This document shows positions 25,083-32,669 of a DNA stretch of 58,420 bases, piece by piece. This DNA is from Candidatus Omnitrophota bacterium. Lineage in GTDB: Bacteria > Omnitrophota > Gorgyraeia > Tantalellales > Tantalellaceae. Made by a program: the position numbers and the translations under genes. The stretch's first letter is position 1. Every line of letters begins with the position of its first letter. The stretch is taken from positions 1 to 58,420 of the forward strand of contig JBDRKO010000024.1 of the NCBI GenBank assembly GCA_043813915.1. The letters run 5' to 3'. The notes under the pieces are model-generated. The model ran no database searches. It was not told where the DNA came from and was given only the letters and a program-made list of their open reading frames with translations.

Positions 25083-25189
25083 GAGTTCTGAGTTCGATGT
25101 TCGTAGTTCGGTGTTGATAGTCGTAAATATCTATTTGCTAGGCCCTCACTACGAACTATGAACTATGAACTACTAACTACGAACTATCT
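25083..25189. repeat. Inverted pair of six-unit heptamer arrays with a 23-nt spacer (no ORF inside)
   Basis: 25083-25124 GAGTTCT GAGTTCG ATGTTCG TAGTTCG GTGTTGA TAGTCGT. 25148-25189 ACTACGA ACTATGA ACTATGA ACTACTA ACTACGA ACTATCT. Confidence 0.9.
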
Positions 25190-26090
25190 TTCCATTCACT
25201 AATGCCTTCACCCATCCTATAGCCATTTCGAGCAGAGACCTATGGCTCTTCTCATATGCGATCAAACCTTGATCATTGAGCGCACATATATCTTTCCATA
25301 GATCCTCCGACTGAAGAACGGCAAAAACTATCTTGGGTTCGAGTGAAGGGTCGACACCGGCGAACGTACGTTTTGCTTCCTTGGTATATCCGGTCTTTCC
25401 CCAAGGACCGTCCTCCCGTTTCAAGAGCGCCTTATTGTGGGTCTTCAGGAGTATACTCTTTTTATCGCTTCCTATTATTTCGTCCTGTTTCAACGACATG
25501 GTCTCCAAAAGGTCCTTACGGCCCGCCGCATACCGCATAAGCGTACACAGGTCTTTCGCCGTTATGTACTGCGTGTCTTTTTTTTCCGCGGGAAGTCCCG
25601 ACGCGTTGGCAAAATACGTATCGTTCATCCCGAGTTCTTTGGCTTTATCGTTCATCATTCTGGCAAAAAGTTCTTCACTGCCGGCGATATGATGCGCGAT
25701 GACCCTTGCCGCGTCATTACCTGACTTTATCATTAACGCGGAGATCAGGTCTTTTGCTTTATAACTGACTCCGCCGGCCAGACCCGCGACAGTAGGTTCT
25801 ACTTTTACGGCCTCCGGAGTAGACACAATATATTCATTAGGATCGATCTTCTCGAGGACTATCAGCGCTGTCATTATCTTAGCGGTCGAAGCCGGCGGGA
25901 ATTTGTCGTCGGGGTTTTTTTCATACAGCACTTTTCCATTCTTCATCTCGCGTATGACCGCGCATCTGCCGCTGATATCAAGCGTCAGAGGTTCTTCGGA
26001 ACATCCTGCCAGCATGCCTGCGACAACAAACAGAGAAACTACTATCCCATATATATTTTTGTGAACTATTTTCATGTTTTCCTTTACCAT
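25173..26090 (-). CDS. D-alanyl-D-alanine carboxypeptidase (S11 / PBP5-like)
   Basis: SxxK (ASTAKIM), SGN (IKSGND) and KTG (GKTGYT) boxes, plus a signal/lipoprotein leader. The last codons (IVRS*) read into a heptamer array. Confidence 0.85.
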   Translation of the reverse strand: MVKENMKIVHKNIYGIVVSLFVVAGMLAGCSEEPLTLDISGRCAVIREMKNGKVLYEKNPDDKFPPASTAKIMTALIVLEKIDPNEYIVSTPEAVKVEPTVAGLAGGVSYKAKDLISALMIKSGNDAARVIAHHIAGSEELFARMMNDKAKELGMNDTYFANASGLPAEKKDTQYITAKDLCTLMRYAAGRKDLLETMSLKQDEIIGSDKKSILLKTHNKALLKREDGPWGKTGYTKEAKRTFAGVDPSLEPKIVFAVLQSEDLWKDICALNDQGLIAYEKSHRSLLEMAIGWVKALVNGKIVRS

Positions 26091-26438
26091 TTAATACTTA
26101 CCACTTAACACTTAATACTTGTCTTGGTTCTTCCTTCTGTCCTCTGACTTCTGTCTTCTGACTTCTGACTTCCGTCCTCTGTCTTCTAGCTCTGGGGCCA
26201 CCTTTAAACACAAAAAAAGTGCCACATTCAAAGCTAAATTAGCAAACGGTACAAAAGTATGCGGAAGTGTTCTTCCTCCATTCCACGTAACACATAAAAC
26301 ATTACACGCCGCCGGTTATCTCCCGTCCTTCGTCCTTCATCCCTCGTCTCTCATTCATCTGCGTCAAAACGGGGACGTTTTGCCCACCTCGAACATTACG
26401 TTCTCGGCGCCTGTGCTCTGTGCCCTATGCTCTATGCC
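26091..26438. repeat. Mosaic of word arrays (TTAATAC/TTACCAC; CTTCTGA/CCTCTGA x8; CACATAAAACATTACACG; TCCTTCG/TCCCTCG; TGTGCTC TGTGCCC TATGCTC TATGCC)
   Basis: Arrays at 26091-26120, 26131-26187, 26291-26309, 26326-26359 and 26412-26438, plus the hairpin CAAAACGgggaCGTTTTG at 26365-26382. Confidence 0.85.
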
Positions 26439-26451
26439 ATTAACGAACTAT

Positions 26452-27246
26452 TTAAACTTTTACCTCTATCCCCACAGGACAGTGGTCGGATCCCATGACA
26501 TCTTTTAAAATAAACGCTTTTTTCACCAAGGGAATAGTGTTTTCTGTAACAAAAAAATAATCTATCCTCCACCCTACGTTTCTTTCACGCGACCTTGTTT
26601 TGTAATCCCACCATGTATATTGACCCGGTTCTTTGTTGAAATGCCTGAACGTATCGATGAACCCGTGTGACACCATTTTGTCTATCCATTTACGTTCCTC
26701 CGGCAAGAACCCTGATACATTTTCGTTCTGCTTGGGACGCGCTAGATCTATCTCCTTATGCGCGGTATTAACATCACCGCATACAATTAACTTTTTATCC
26801 TTAAATCCATCAATAAAATCAAGAAATTTGTCATAAAATTTTAGTTTATATCCCAGCCTTTCCGGACGGGATCCGCCGTTCGGGAAATAAACGTTAATAA
26901 GAACGTACTTCTCGAAATAAAGTATGAGCACTCTGCCTTCCGTATCTAATCGTCCTGAAGGAAAATCGGTTTTTACCGAATGCGGTTCGATCTTAGTGAA
27001 TACCGAAACGCCGGCATATCCTCTGCGGTCAGGATTGTTCCAATAAGCAAAATATCCTTCAGGAGGATCTATGTCGCGGTCCAGCTGCTCGGGCCGGGCC
27101 TTTGTCTCCTGCAGACAGAGCACATCCGGAGACTCTTTTCTAAGCCACTCAAGAAAACCTTTTTTCTTTATAGCGCGTATCCCGTTAACGTTCCATGATA
27201 TTATTTTCACGATATGCCTATTATAGTTTTGACCCATTCCCCACAC
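26452..27246 (-). CDS. xth: exodeoxyribonuclease III
   Basis: KIISWNVNGIRA, LCLQETK, FPNGG, DHCPV motifs. The true start may be GTG 27210 (VKIISWN), because the 27246 ATG abuts a hairpin repeat. Confidence 0.9.
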   Translation of the reverse strand: MWGMGQNYNRHIVKIISWNVNGIRAIKKKGFLEWLRKESPDVLCLQETKARPEQLDRDIDPPEGYFAYWNNPDRRGYAGVSVFTKIEPHSVKTDFPSGRLDTEGRVLILYFEKYVLINVYFPNGGSRPERLGYKLKFYDKFLDFIDGFKDKKLIVCGDVNTAHKEIDLARPKQNENVSGFLPEERKWIDKMVSHGFIDTFRHFNKEPGQYTWWDYKTRSRERNVGWRIDYFFVTENTIPLVKKAFILKDVMGSDHCPVGIEVKV

Positions 27247-27258
27247 GGAAGTGTGGGG
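27237..27258. repeat. Copy of the TTCCCCACAC-N4-GTGTGGGG hairpin family
   Basis: TTCCCCACACggaaGTGTGGGG, between the eda stop and the xth start. Confidence 0.85.
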
Positions 27259-27262
27259 TCCT

Positions 27263-27913
27263 CTACACGCTCCCGCGTGTAGTATCCTTCACCGACCGCA
27301 CTTTCTCTACATATTGTCGTACCAGCTTTTCAATGGACCCGAAGTCCTCCCTATTAAGCCACTCTTCTTTAAAAACGCTTCCTCCAAAAGCCACGGCATC
27401 AGCTCCTGAGGAAAAATATTCCTCGATATTCTCAAGTTTTATGCCTCCCACAGCCATAAGAGGGATATTGTTCAAGGGCCCTTTGAGCTGTTTGATGTAG
27501 GCCGGTCCGAAAGTCTCGGCCGGAAAGACCTTTACCATAGATGCTCCAGCCTCGTAGGCTGTCAGGACCTCTTGAGGGGTAAGGGCGCCCGGGAATACCG
27601 GGATATTCTTTTTGCAACACTCGGCCACGACATTTTTTATCAGAACGGGTGAAACAATAAATTCGGCACCGGCATTCAGCGCTTTTTTCAGATCGTCCAC
27701 GGAAAGTACCGTTCCGGCACCGATACTGATATTGCCTTTAACTATACTTCTGGCTTTGGAAATAAGTCCGGACGCTCCCGGCGTATTCATGGTTATCTCA
27801 ACGGTCTCAAGCCCGGCTTCGCAGACACAGGAAAAAAGACCTTCCAAAGATCTTTCTTGAACACCTCTCAATATGCCCATAATAGGCAGTTTTCTGAACT
27901 TTTCTATATCCAT
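27263..27913 (-). CDS. eda: KDPG / KHG aldolase (2-dehydro-3-deoxyphosphogluconate aldolase)
   Basis: PIMGILRG, VEITMNTP, IGAGTVL, FIVSP, PGALTPQE, VKVFPA, MAVGGI: the Eda-family pattern. Confidence 0.85.
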   Translation of the reverse strand: MDIEKFRKLPIMGILRGVQERSLEGLFSCVCEAGLETVEITMNTPGASGLISKARSIVKGNISIGAGTVLSVDDLKKALNAGAEFIVSPVLIKNVVAECCKKNIPVFPGALTPQEVLTAYEAGASMVKVFPAETFGPAYIKQLKGPLNNIPLMAVGGIKLENIEEYFSSGADAVAFGGSVFKEEWLNREDFGSIEKLVRQYVEKVRSVKDTTRGSV

Positions 27914-28180
27914 GGAGTCCTAATTTGACCTGTCTGTCCGCTGCTAGAAAAAACGGGAACACAACGCCTCTGTTCCAAGACGATCCCGAAAGAGCCGTCT
28001 TTAAGCGAAATTGTGCCCCCGTTATTTTTACGTCAATTCACCGATACCCCGGTCTAAAGACCGGGGCTCGCTTGCCCTGAGCGAAGCCGAAGGGTTCCTA
28101 ATTGATCCTGAGCCACAGTTATTTCTCCCGCGCTAAAGCACGGGATTTCGGCGGGGCGAATGGGTAAAAGATCTAAGGGC

Positions 28181-28573
28181 TTATTTAGAGCTGCTGTAAG
28201 CCTCTTTTAACCCGTCTTTATACCCGTCCGTATAACCTTTTTTATACCCGTTACTGTATCCGTCCTCATAACCGTCAGAATAGGCAGTCCTAGGCGCAGA
28301 AGAATCTACTTCCTCTACTTTTTTGACCTTCTCCCCGCTTATGGAATCAAGCAGAGCGCCGCCTATTATATTCACTCCAGCGCCGGCAAGAGCTCCTTTC
28401 CAGACATCTCCCCCTTTAGCCCCCGAAGCCGCTCCGCCTACAGCGCCTGCGCCCGCTCCAAGCAGACCTTCCCTAAGAAGATTCGAGGAATTATCTCCAC
28501 CGAAACTTTCCGCTATGGGAACTATGGCCATTACCAGAACAAATAGCACGCATACAATATTTCTTACTCTCAT
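28181..28573 (-). CDS. glycine-zipper membrane/lipoprotein-like small protein
   Basis: Signal/TM segment, then the Gly-zipper GLLGAGAGAVGGAASGAKGG..GALAGAGVNIIGGAL. The tail is a GY-rich repeat, DGYEDGYSNGYKKGYTDGYKDG. Confidence 0.6.
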   Translation of the reverse strand: MRVRNIVCVLFVLVMAIVPIAESFGGDNSSNLLREGLLGAGAGAVGGAASGAKGGDVWKGALAGAGVNIIGGALLDSISGEKVKKVEEVDSSAPRTAYSDGYEDGYSNGYKKGYTDGYKDGLKEAYSSSK

Positions 28574-28710
28574 GTTAACCTCCCGCTGATATTTTTAAAT
28601 TCCAGGCCATTATGATATCACAATACTAGGTTCCAGTAAAAGAAGAAAATTATCCATGCTTTCGTCCGGCCCTGCAGAAGAAGGTCTATGCCGCTTCCTA
28701 ACGGACGGAT

Positions 28711-29613
28711 CTAGGATAACATGCTTCCCTGCCGAACACCTCTCTTTTCCATTTCCCTTTCTATGTATCTGACGGCTTCCAGCTTATCTTCCATCCATCT
28801 CGGCGCGACGATCAGATCTCGCTTGGCATCGGATATCAATCTCATTATAACGCAATCGCTTCTCAGATGCTCGATAAAATCACATACATAACCCGCATAC
28901 TCATCCAGACTAAGCATCCTTACGGATCCGCTTTCGTACATCTTTTCCATCGGGGTATTTTTCAGTACATGAAGCATATGCAGTTTGACCCCGTCTACGG
29001 GAAGGCCGGAGATGCGTTCCGCGATCTTAATGATATCTTCCCGCGACTGCCCCATCCCTCCTATCATAATATGAACTCCGACTTTTATCCCCCTTTTTGC
29101 CGTTCTTTCAATAGCCTCTATGGTCTGACCGGACGTATGCCCCCTGTTCATTCTTCTCAGAATATCATCACTTAACGACTGCATCCCGTATTCGACCCAA
29201 ACGTCATAATCATCCATATATCCGGCTATAAGATCCAATTTTTCATCATCAACACAATCCGGCCGTGTAGAGATGGACAGGCCTATGATCTCGGGGAATC
29301 CCCGTATGACGTCATATGCTCTTTTAAGTTCCGAAGGTTCCGCATTGGTACTTGTCCCGTTCTGAAAATACGCTATAAATTTCCGCACATCTCTTCTCTT
29401 CTTCATCTCTTTTATGGATCCTGATATCTGAGCGTCCAAGGACAATGCTTGTCCGGCATAGTTACTGTATCCTTCCTCGTTGCAGAATATACATCCGCCC
29501 AAACCGTCCTCATCGATCCTGTTCGGGCATCCGAACCCCGCGTTAAGACCGATCTTCTTGACGTTCTCGCCGTAGGTTTCCTGCACGTATTGTTTGAAGG
29601 AATAGTATCGCAT
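28711..29613 (-). CDS. TIGR01212-family radical SAM protein (YhcC-like)
   Basis: GFGCPNRIDEDGLGGCIFCNEEG is the unusual Cys motif typical of TIGR01212. Followed by ISTRPDC and WVEYGMQS. Confidence 0.85.
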   Translation of the reverse strand: MRYYSFKQYVQETYGENVKKIGLNAGFGCPNRIDEDGLGGCIFCNEEGYSNYAGQALSLDAQISGSIKEMKKRRDVRKFIAYFQNGTSTNAEPSELKRAYDVIRGFPEIIGLSISTRPDCVDDEKLDLIAGYMDDYDVWVEYGMQSLSDDILRRMNRGHTSGQTIEAIERTAKRGIKVGVHIMIGGMGQSREDIIKIAERISGLPVDGVKLHMLHVLKNTPMEKMYESGSVRMLSLDEYAGYVCDFIEHLRSDCVIMRLISDAKRDLIVAPRWMEDKLEAVRYIEREMEKRGVRQGSMLS

Positions 29614-29618
29614 ATTTT

Positions 29619-30075
29619 CGTGACTCGTGACTCGTGAACAAGTAGCTTCTTTAAAGTAACCAGTTGCCTGTTTTCTGTAACCAGTAAACTACATCTTTCT
29701 TCTGGTAACTGGTAACCGGTTTCTGGTAACTTTATTTAACTGGGCCTTCGACCTTTTAATATTTTAAACTGCTAATAGCATAGAGCACAGGGCACAGAGC
29801 ATAGAGTTATACTGACTGATGCTTAAACGTAATTCGTAATTTGTGAGTCGTGATTTGTGCCGTACGAATAGCAACCAGTTGCCTGTTGCCTGTTCCCTGT
29901 AACCAGTAAAAATATATTCTGGGGACATCTTGAGGGGTAGGTTTACACTTCCCCGGGAAAGGTGTCCACAGAACTTCCACCCTTAACTTTTTAACCCCTC
30001 TTCCTTCGTCCCTCTGACACTTTGGCTCTTCTTTTATCCTCTACCCTCTGACGTCTGTCTTCTGACTTCTGACCC
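29619..30075. repeat. Large mosaic of at least eight different heptamer word arrays plus the 85-nt element
   Basis: CGTGACT x3 at 29619-29639. TAACCAG/CTGGTAA inverted pair at 29652-29736. CATAGAG CACAGGG CACAGAG CATAGAG at 29779-29806. GTAATTC GTAATTT GTGAGTC GTGATTT at 29829-29856. GCAACCA GTTGCCT GTTGCCT GTTCCCT GTAACCA at 29871-29905. CCTCTGA CGTCTGT CTTCTGA CTTCTGA at 30048-30075. Confidence 0.9.
29908..29990. repeat. Copy B of the ~85-nt element
   Basis: AAAAATATATTCTGGGGACAT...GTGTCCACAGAACTTCCACCCTTAACTTT. The ends are nearly identical to 15684-15769 and the centre differs. Confidence 0.8.
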
Positions 30076-30112
30076 AGCCCTTTTAGTTCTTACTATGATC
30101 AAAAGGGCTGGG
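30073..30112. repeat. 12-bp perfect hairpin (CCCAGCCCTTTT / AAAAGGGCTGGG), 16-nt loop
   Basis: Read directly. ~55 nt downstream of the mnmG stop. No U-tract on the minus strand. Confidence 0.8.
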
Positions 30113-30125
30113 TAAATTCGCGCTT

Positions 30126-30158
30126 ATAACTTATGCTTCCTACGGTCGCATAAGTTAT
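30126..30158 (-). terminator. Hairpin immediately after the mnmG stop (possible terminator, weak U-tract)
   Basis: ATAACTTATGC-11 nt-GCATAAGTTAT. 11-bp perfect stem beginning 9 nt past the stop at 30167. Confidence 0.4.
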
Positions 30159-30166
30159 GTGCTCAT

Positions 30167-31948
30167 TTACTTCTTCCTCAACTTGACCATAAGTATGGAT
30201 ATTGCTACAGGGGTCACTCCTGATATCCTTGAAGCCTGCCCTAATGAAATGGGTCTTATCGAAGAAAGTTTTTCCTTTATTTCGGTCGACAGACCTTCCG
30301 TCCCGAAATAATCAAAATCTTTCGATATCCTTATTTTTTCCAGGTTCTCGAATTTTTGGACCTTTGATATTTCTCTTTCTATGTATCCGGCGTATTTCAC
30401 GTCAACTTCCAGCTGTACCTTCTCATAATAAGAAAGACCCTCTATATCCCTGTTCTCGGCGGCAAGGTCCTCGTAGGACACTTCCGGTCTTTTCAGTTTA
30501 CCGAGAAGCTTCGCCGCTTTCATACACTCTTTTATTCTGTTCACGTTGGCGTATTTTTCCTCAACTCTGGCTTTCTCTTTTTTTCCGGCAAGCCCGATCC
30601 GAACGGCCATGTCCGTGAGCCTGATATCCGCGTTATCTTCCCTGATAATTATCCTGTATTCTACGCGCGAAGTGAACATGCGGTAAGGCTCTTTAGTCCC
30701 CTTTGTCACAAGATCATCTATCAGCACGCCTATATACCCCTGTGCCCTGTCGATAACCAACGCTTCTTCTCCTCTGCATTTAAGCGACGCGTTTATCCCC
30801 GCCATTAACCCCAACGCCGCAGCCTCTTCGTAACCTGTGGTCCCGTTGATCTGACCCGACACGAAAAGCCCTTTTATGATCTTTGTTTCCAGAGACGGCA
30901 TAAGCTGTGTGGGATCGATGTAATCGTATTCTATACCGTATCCGGGTTTATTTATTTTCGCTTTTTCCATACCTTTGATACTGTGTATCATACGCTCTTG
31001 GACATCCAAAGGCAGGCTCGTCGATATCCCGTTAGGATAATATTCATCCGTATTGAGCCCTTCGGGTTCCAGGAAGATAACATGGGAATCCCTGTGAGGG
31101 AACCTGGTTATTTTATCCTCTATGGACGGGCAATACCTTACACCAGTAGACTTTATCTTTCCGGTATACAGCGGCGACCTGTCCATGCCTTCTCTAATGA
31201 TCTCATGGGTCCTTTTATTGGTCCTGGTCAGATAGCAGGGTTTTTGTTCAAGCGGTATATTTTTGTTAGAAAAAGAGAAGGGTATGATCCTGCTGTCACT
31301 ACCCTGTTCTTCCATTACGGAGAAATCTATCGTTTTTCCGTCTATCCTTGCCGGTGTTCCCGTCTTCAACCGTCCCACGCGCAGTCCCAGCTCGGAAAGA
31401 TTACCGGATAATCCGTGCGAAGCATTCTCATCTATACGCCCTCCGTCATGATGTTCCATACCCACATGTATGACTCCGTTCATAAAAGTGCCTGTTGAAA
31501 GAACAGTGCATACCGACAGGATCTCCTCTTCGGATGTCCGCACTCCGCGGCATATACCCGATCCGGTCAATATCTCCTTTACCTCACCATCAAGCACATC
31601 CAGATCCTTTTGCCCGTCTATGCACCGGACCATGTAGCTATTATACTTGGCCCTGTCTATCTGCATTCTGGATGAACGGGCGGCATACCCCTTTGAGGCG
31701 TTAAGCATACGATACTGTATGCATGAAGCGTCCGCGGCTTTCCCCATCTCTCCGCCAAGCGCGTCCACTTCTTTGACAAGCTGTCCTTTGCCGGTCCCGC
31801 CTATAGAAGGATTACAGGAAGTGTACCCTATTTTCTTCCTGTCCATCGTTACCAGAAGCGTCTTCAGGCCCATACGGCCGGCCGCAAGAGCCGCTTCGCA
31901 TCCGGCATGACCGCCGCCGACAACGATAATATCGTATTTAGTTTTCAT
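30167..31948 (-). CDS. mnmG: tRNA uridine 5-carboxymethylaminomethyl modification enzyme MnmG (GidA)
   Basis: MKTKYDIIVVGGGHAGCEAA FAD motif. Also GPRYCPSIE-like VRYCPSIEDK, and a C-terminal ISLGQASRISGVTPVAISIL. Start placed at ATG 31948; the 25-codon extension in the ORF track has no support. Confidence 0.95.
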   Translation of the reverse strand: MKTKYDIIVVGGGHAGCEAALAAGRMGLKTLLVTMDRKKIGYTSCNPSIGGTGKGQLVKEVDALGGEMGKAADASCIQYRMLNASKGYAARSSRMQIDRAKYNSYMVRCIDGQKDLDVLDGEVKEILTGSGICRGVRTSEEEILSVCTVLSTGTFMNGVIHVGMEHHDGGRIDENASHGLSGNLSELGLRVGRLKTGTPARIDGKTIDFSVMEEQGSDSRIIPFSFSNKNIPLEQKPCYLTRTNKRTHEIIREGMDRSPLYTGKIKSTGVRYCPSIEDKITRFPHRDSHVIFLEPEGLNTDEYYPNGISTSLPLDVQERMIHSIKGMEKAKINKPGYGIEYDYIDPTQLMPSLETKIIKGLFVSGQINGTTGYEEAAALGLMAGINASLKCRGEEALVIDRAQGYIGVLIDDLVTKGTKEPYRMFTSRVEYRIIIREDNADIRLTDMAVRIGLAGKKEKARVEEKYANVNRIKECMKAAKLLGKLKRPEVSYEDLAAENRDIEGLSYYEKVQLEVDVKYAGYIEREISKVQKFENLEKIRISKDFDYFGTEGLSTEIKEKLSSIRPISLGQASRISGVTPVAISILMVKLRKK

Positions 31949-32148
31949 AATCAATAAATGGTGTTTGGTATTCTGCTTCGCCGTTAAACAATAGGGCTCG
32001 CTGGTATGGCTACGCAGAAACAAGTTCTGGTACGAAGTCTCTTCGAAGTTCTACCAGTAAGCCCGAAAAAGGAAGAACTAAGAAGGATGGTATTTAGTTT
32101 ATAGTATGAACGACAGTTAAATTAGGAACAGTTCCCTGTTTCTCCCAA

Positions 32149-32302
32149 TGGTATATCCCACGCCGAGTTCCGCGACCTGTACAATATTTACATATGCAGA
32201 TCGAGGGATCTCAATGATCCCGAGATCTGCCACGGCACCCCTCCCCAATTGCCTAAATCTTAAAAAGGATCGGTGGTATATCCCACGCGCAGTTCCGCGA
32301 CC
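32149..32302. repeat. Direct repeat TGGTATATCCCACGCnnAGTTCCGCGACC, two copies 125 bp apart
   Basis: 32149-32177 and 32274-32302 are identical at 27 of 29 positions. Confidence 0.85.
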
Positions 32303-32406
32303 GAGGACGCAATGTCCGAGGAAGTGTCGAGTTCTCCCGAACTCGACCAGCCCTCCGACATTCCGGACGAGGACTGTTTGAGCATGGGATATACACCGAT
32401 CCTTTT
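32263..32406. other. ~145-nt nested hairpin (22-23-bp outer stem, 10/11-bp middle stem, 8-bp inner stem) flanked by T/A runs
   Basis: Outer stem: 32263-32285 AAAAGGATCGGTGGTATATCCCA with 32385-32406 TGGGATATACACCGATCCTTTT. Middle stem: 32311-32321 AATGTCCGAGG with 32351-32361 CCTCCGACATT. Inner stem: 32326-32347 GTCGAGTTctcccgAACTCGAC. Sits just 3' of the metH/DUF6485 gene pair. Confidence 0.7.
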
Positions 32407-32412
32407 GACCTT

Positions 32413-32607
32413 TTATTTATTCAATTCCACAAATCGCTTTATACTGCGGTCATACGTGCGCTCAACACCATCCGGAAAATAACAGGCCGGCAATTCTCCC
32501 TGCTTTCTATGGTAATGCAGACAATCGCAGCAGATCCCCTTTCTGGAGCAAGGTTCATAACTGCAATTGCATTTCGTCATATTGTTCTTGATCTTGCATT
32601 CCGCCAT
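32413..32607 (-). CDS. small cysteine-rich protein (DUF6485-like)
   Basis: [52 protein letters not shown] upstream of ATG 32607. The longer track start (MPCPY) comes from the CATG centre of a 30-bp palindrome. Confidence 0.6.
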   Translation of the reverse strand: MAECKIKNNMTKCNCSYEPCSRKGICCDCLHYHRKQGELPACYFPDGVERTYDRSIKRFVELNK

Positions 32608-32627
32608 TTTCTCTCCTCTATAAAATA

Positions 32628-32657
32628 AGTAGGGGCACGGCATGCCGTGCCCCTACT
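32628..32657. repeat. Perfect 30-bp palindrome AGTAGGGGCACGGCATGCCGTGCCCCTACT (best copy of the family)
   Basis: Self-complementary over all 30 nt. Lies between the metH stop (32670) and the start of the small Cys-rich ORF (32607). Confidence 0.95.
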
Positions 32658-32669
32658 TATTCTTTAACC

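Noticed and set aside
25083-26438. Possibility that the tandem word arrays are CRISPR arrays
   Set aside because: The period is 7 nt with no unique spacers, arrays are only 20-55 nt long, and no cas genes are present. This is incompatible with CRISPR architecture.
26119-26508. 129-aa ORF (plus strand), and the 69-aa ORF at 58130..58339 (minus strand)
   Set aside because: Both translate heptamer word arrays (SSDFCLLTSDFRPLSS and similar). The periodic peptide reflects the DNA repeat, not a protein.
27947-28160. Possible riboswitch or structured leader upstream of eda: stems AACGGG/CCCGTT, AAGACG/CGTCTT, CCCCGGTCTaaAGACCGGGG and TCCCGCGCTaaAGCACGGGA
   Set aside because: The stems are short and partly mutually exclusive. 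I cannot match the sequence to any riboswitch consensus I know. On the minus strand the first structure ends in a U6 run, so a terminator for the glycine-zipper gene is the simpler reading. It still needs cmscan to settle.
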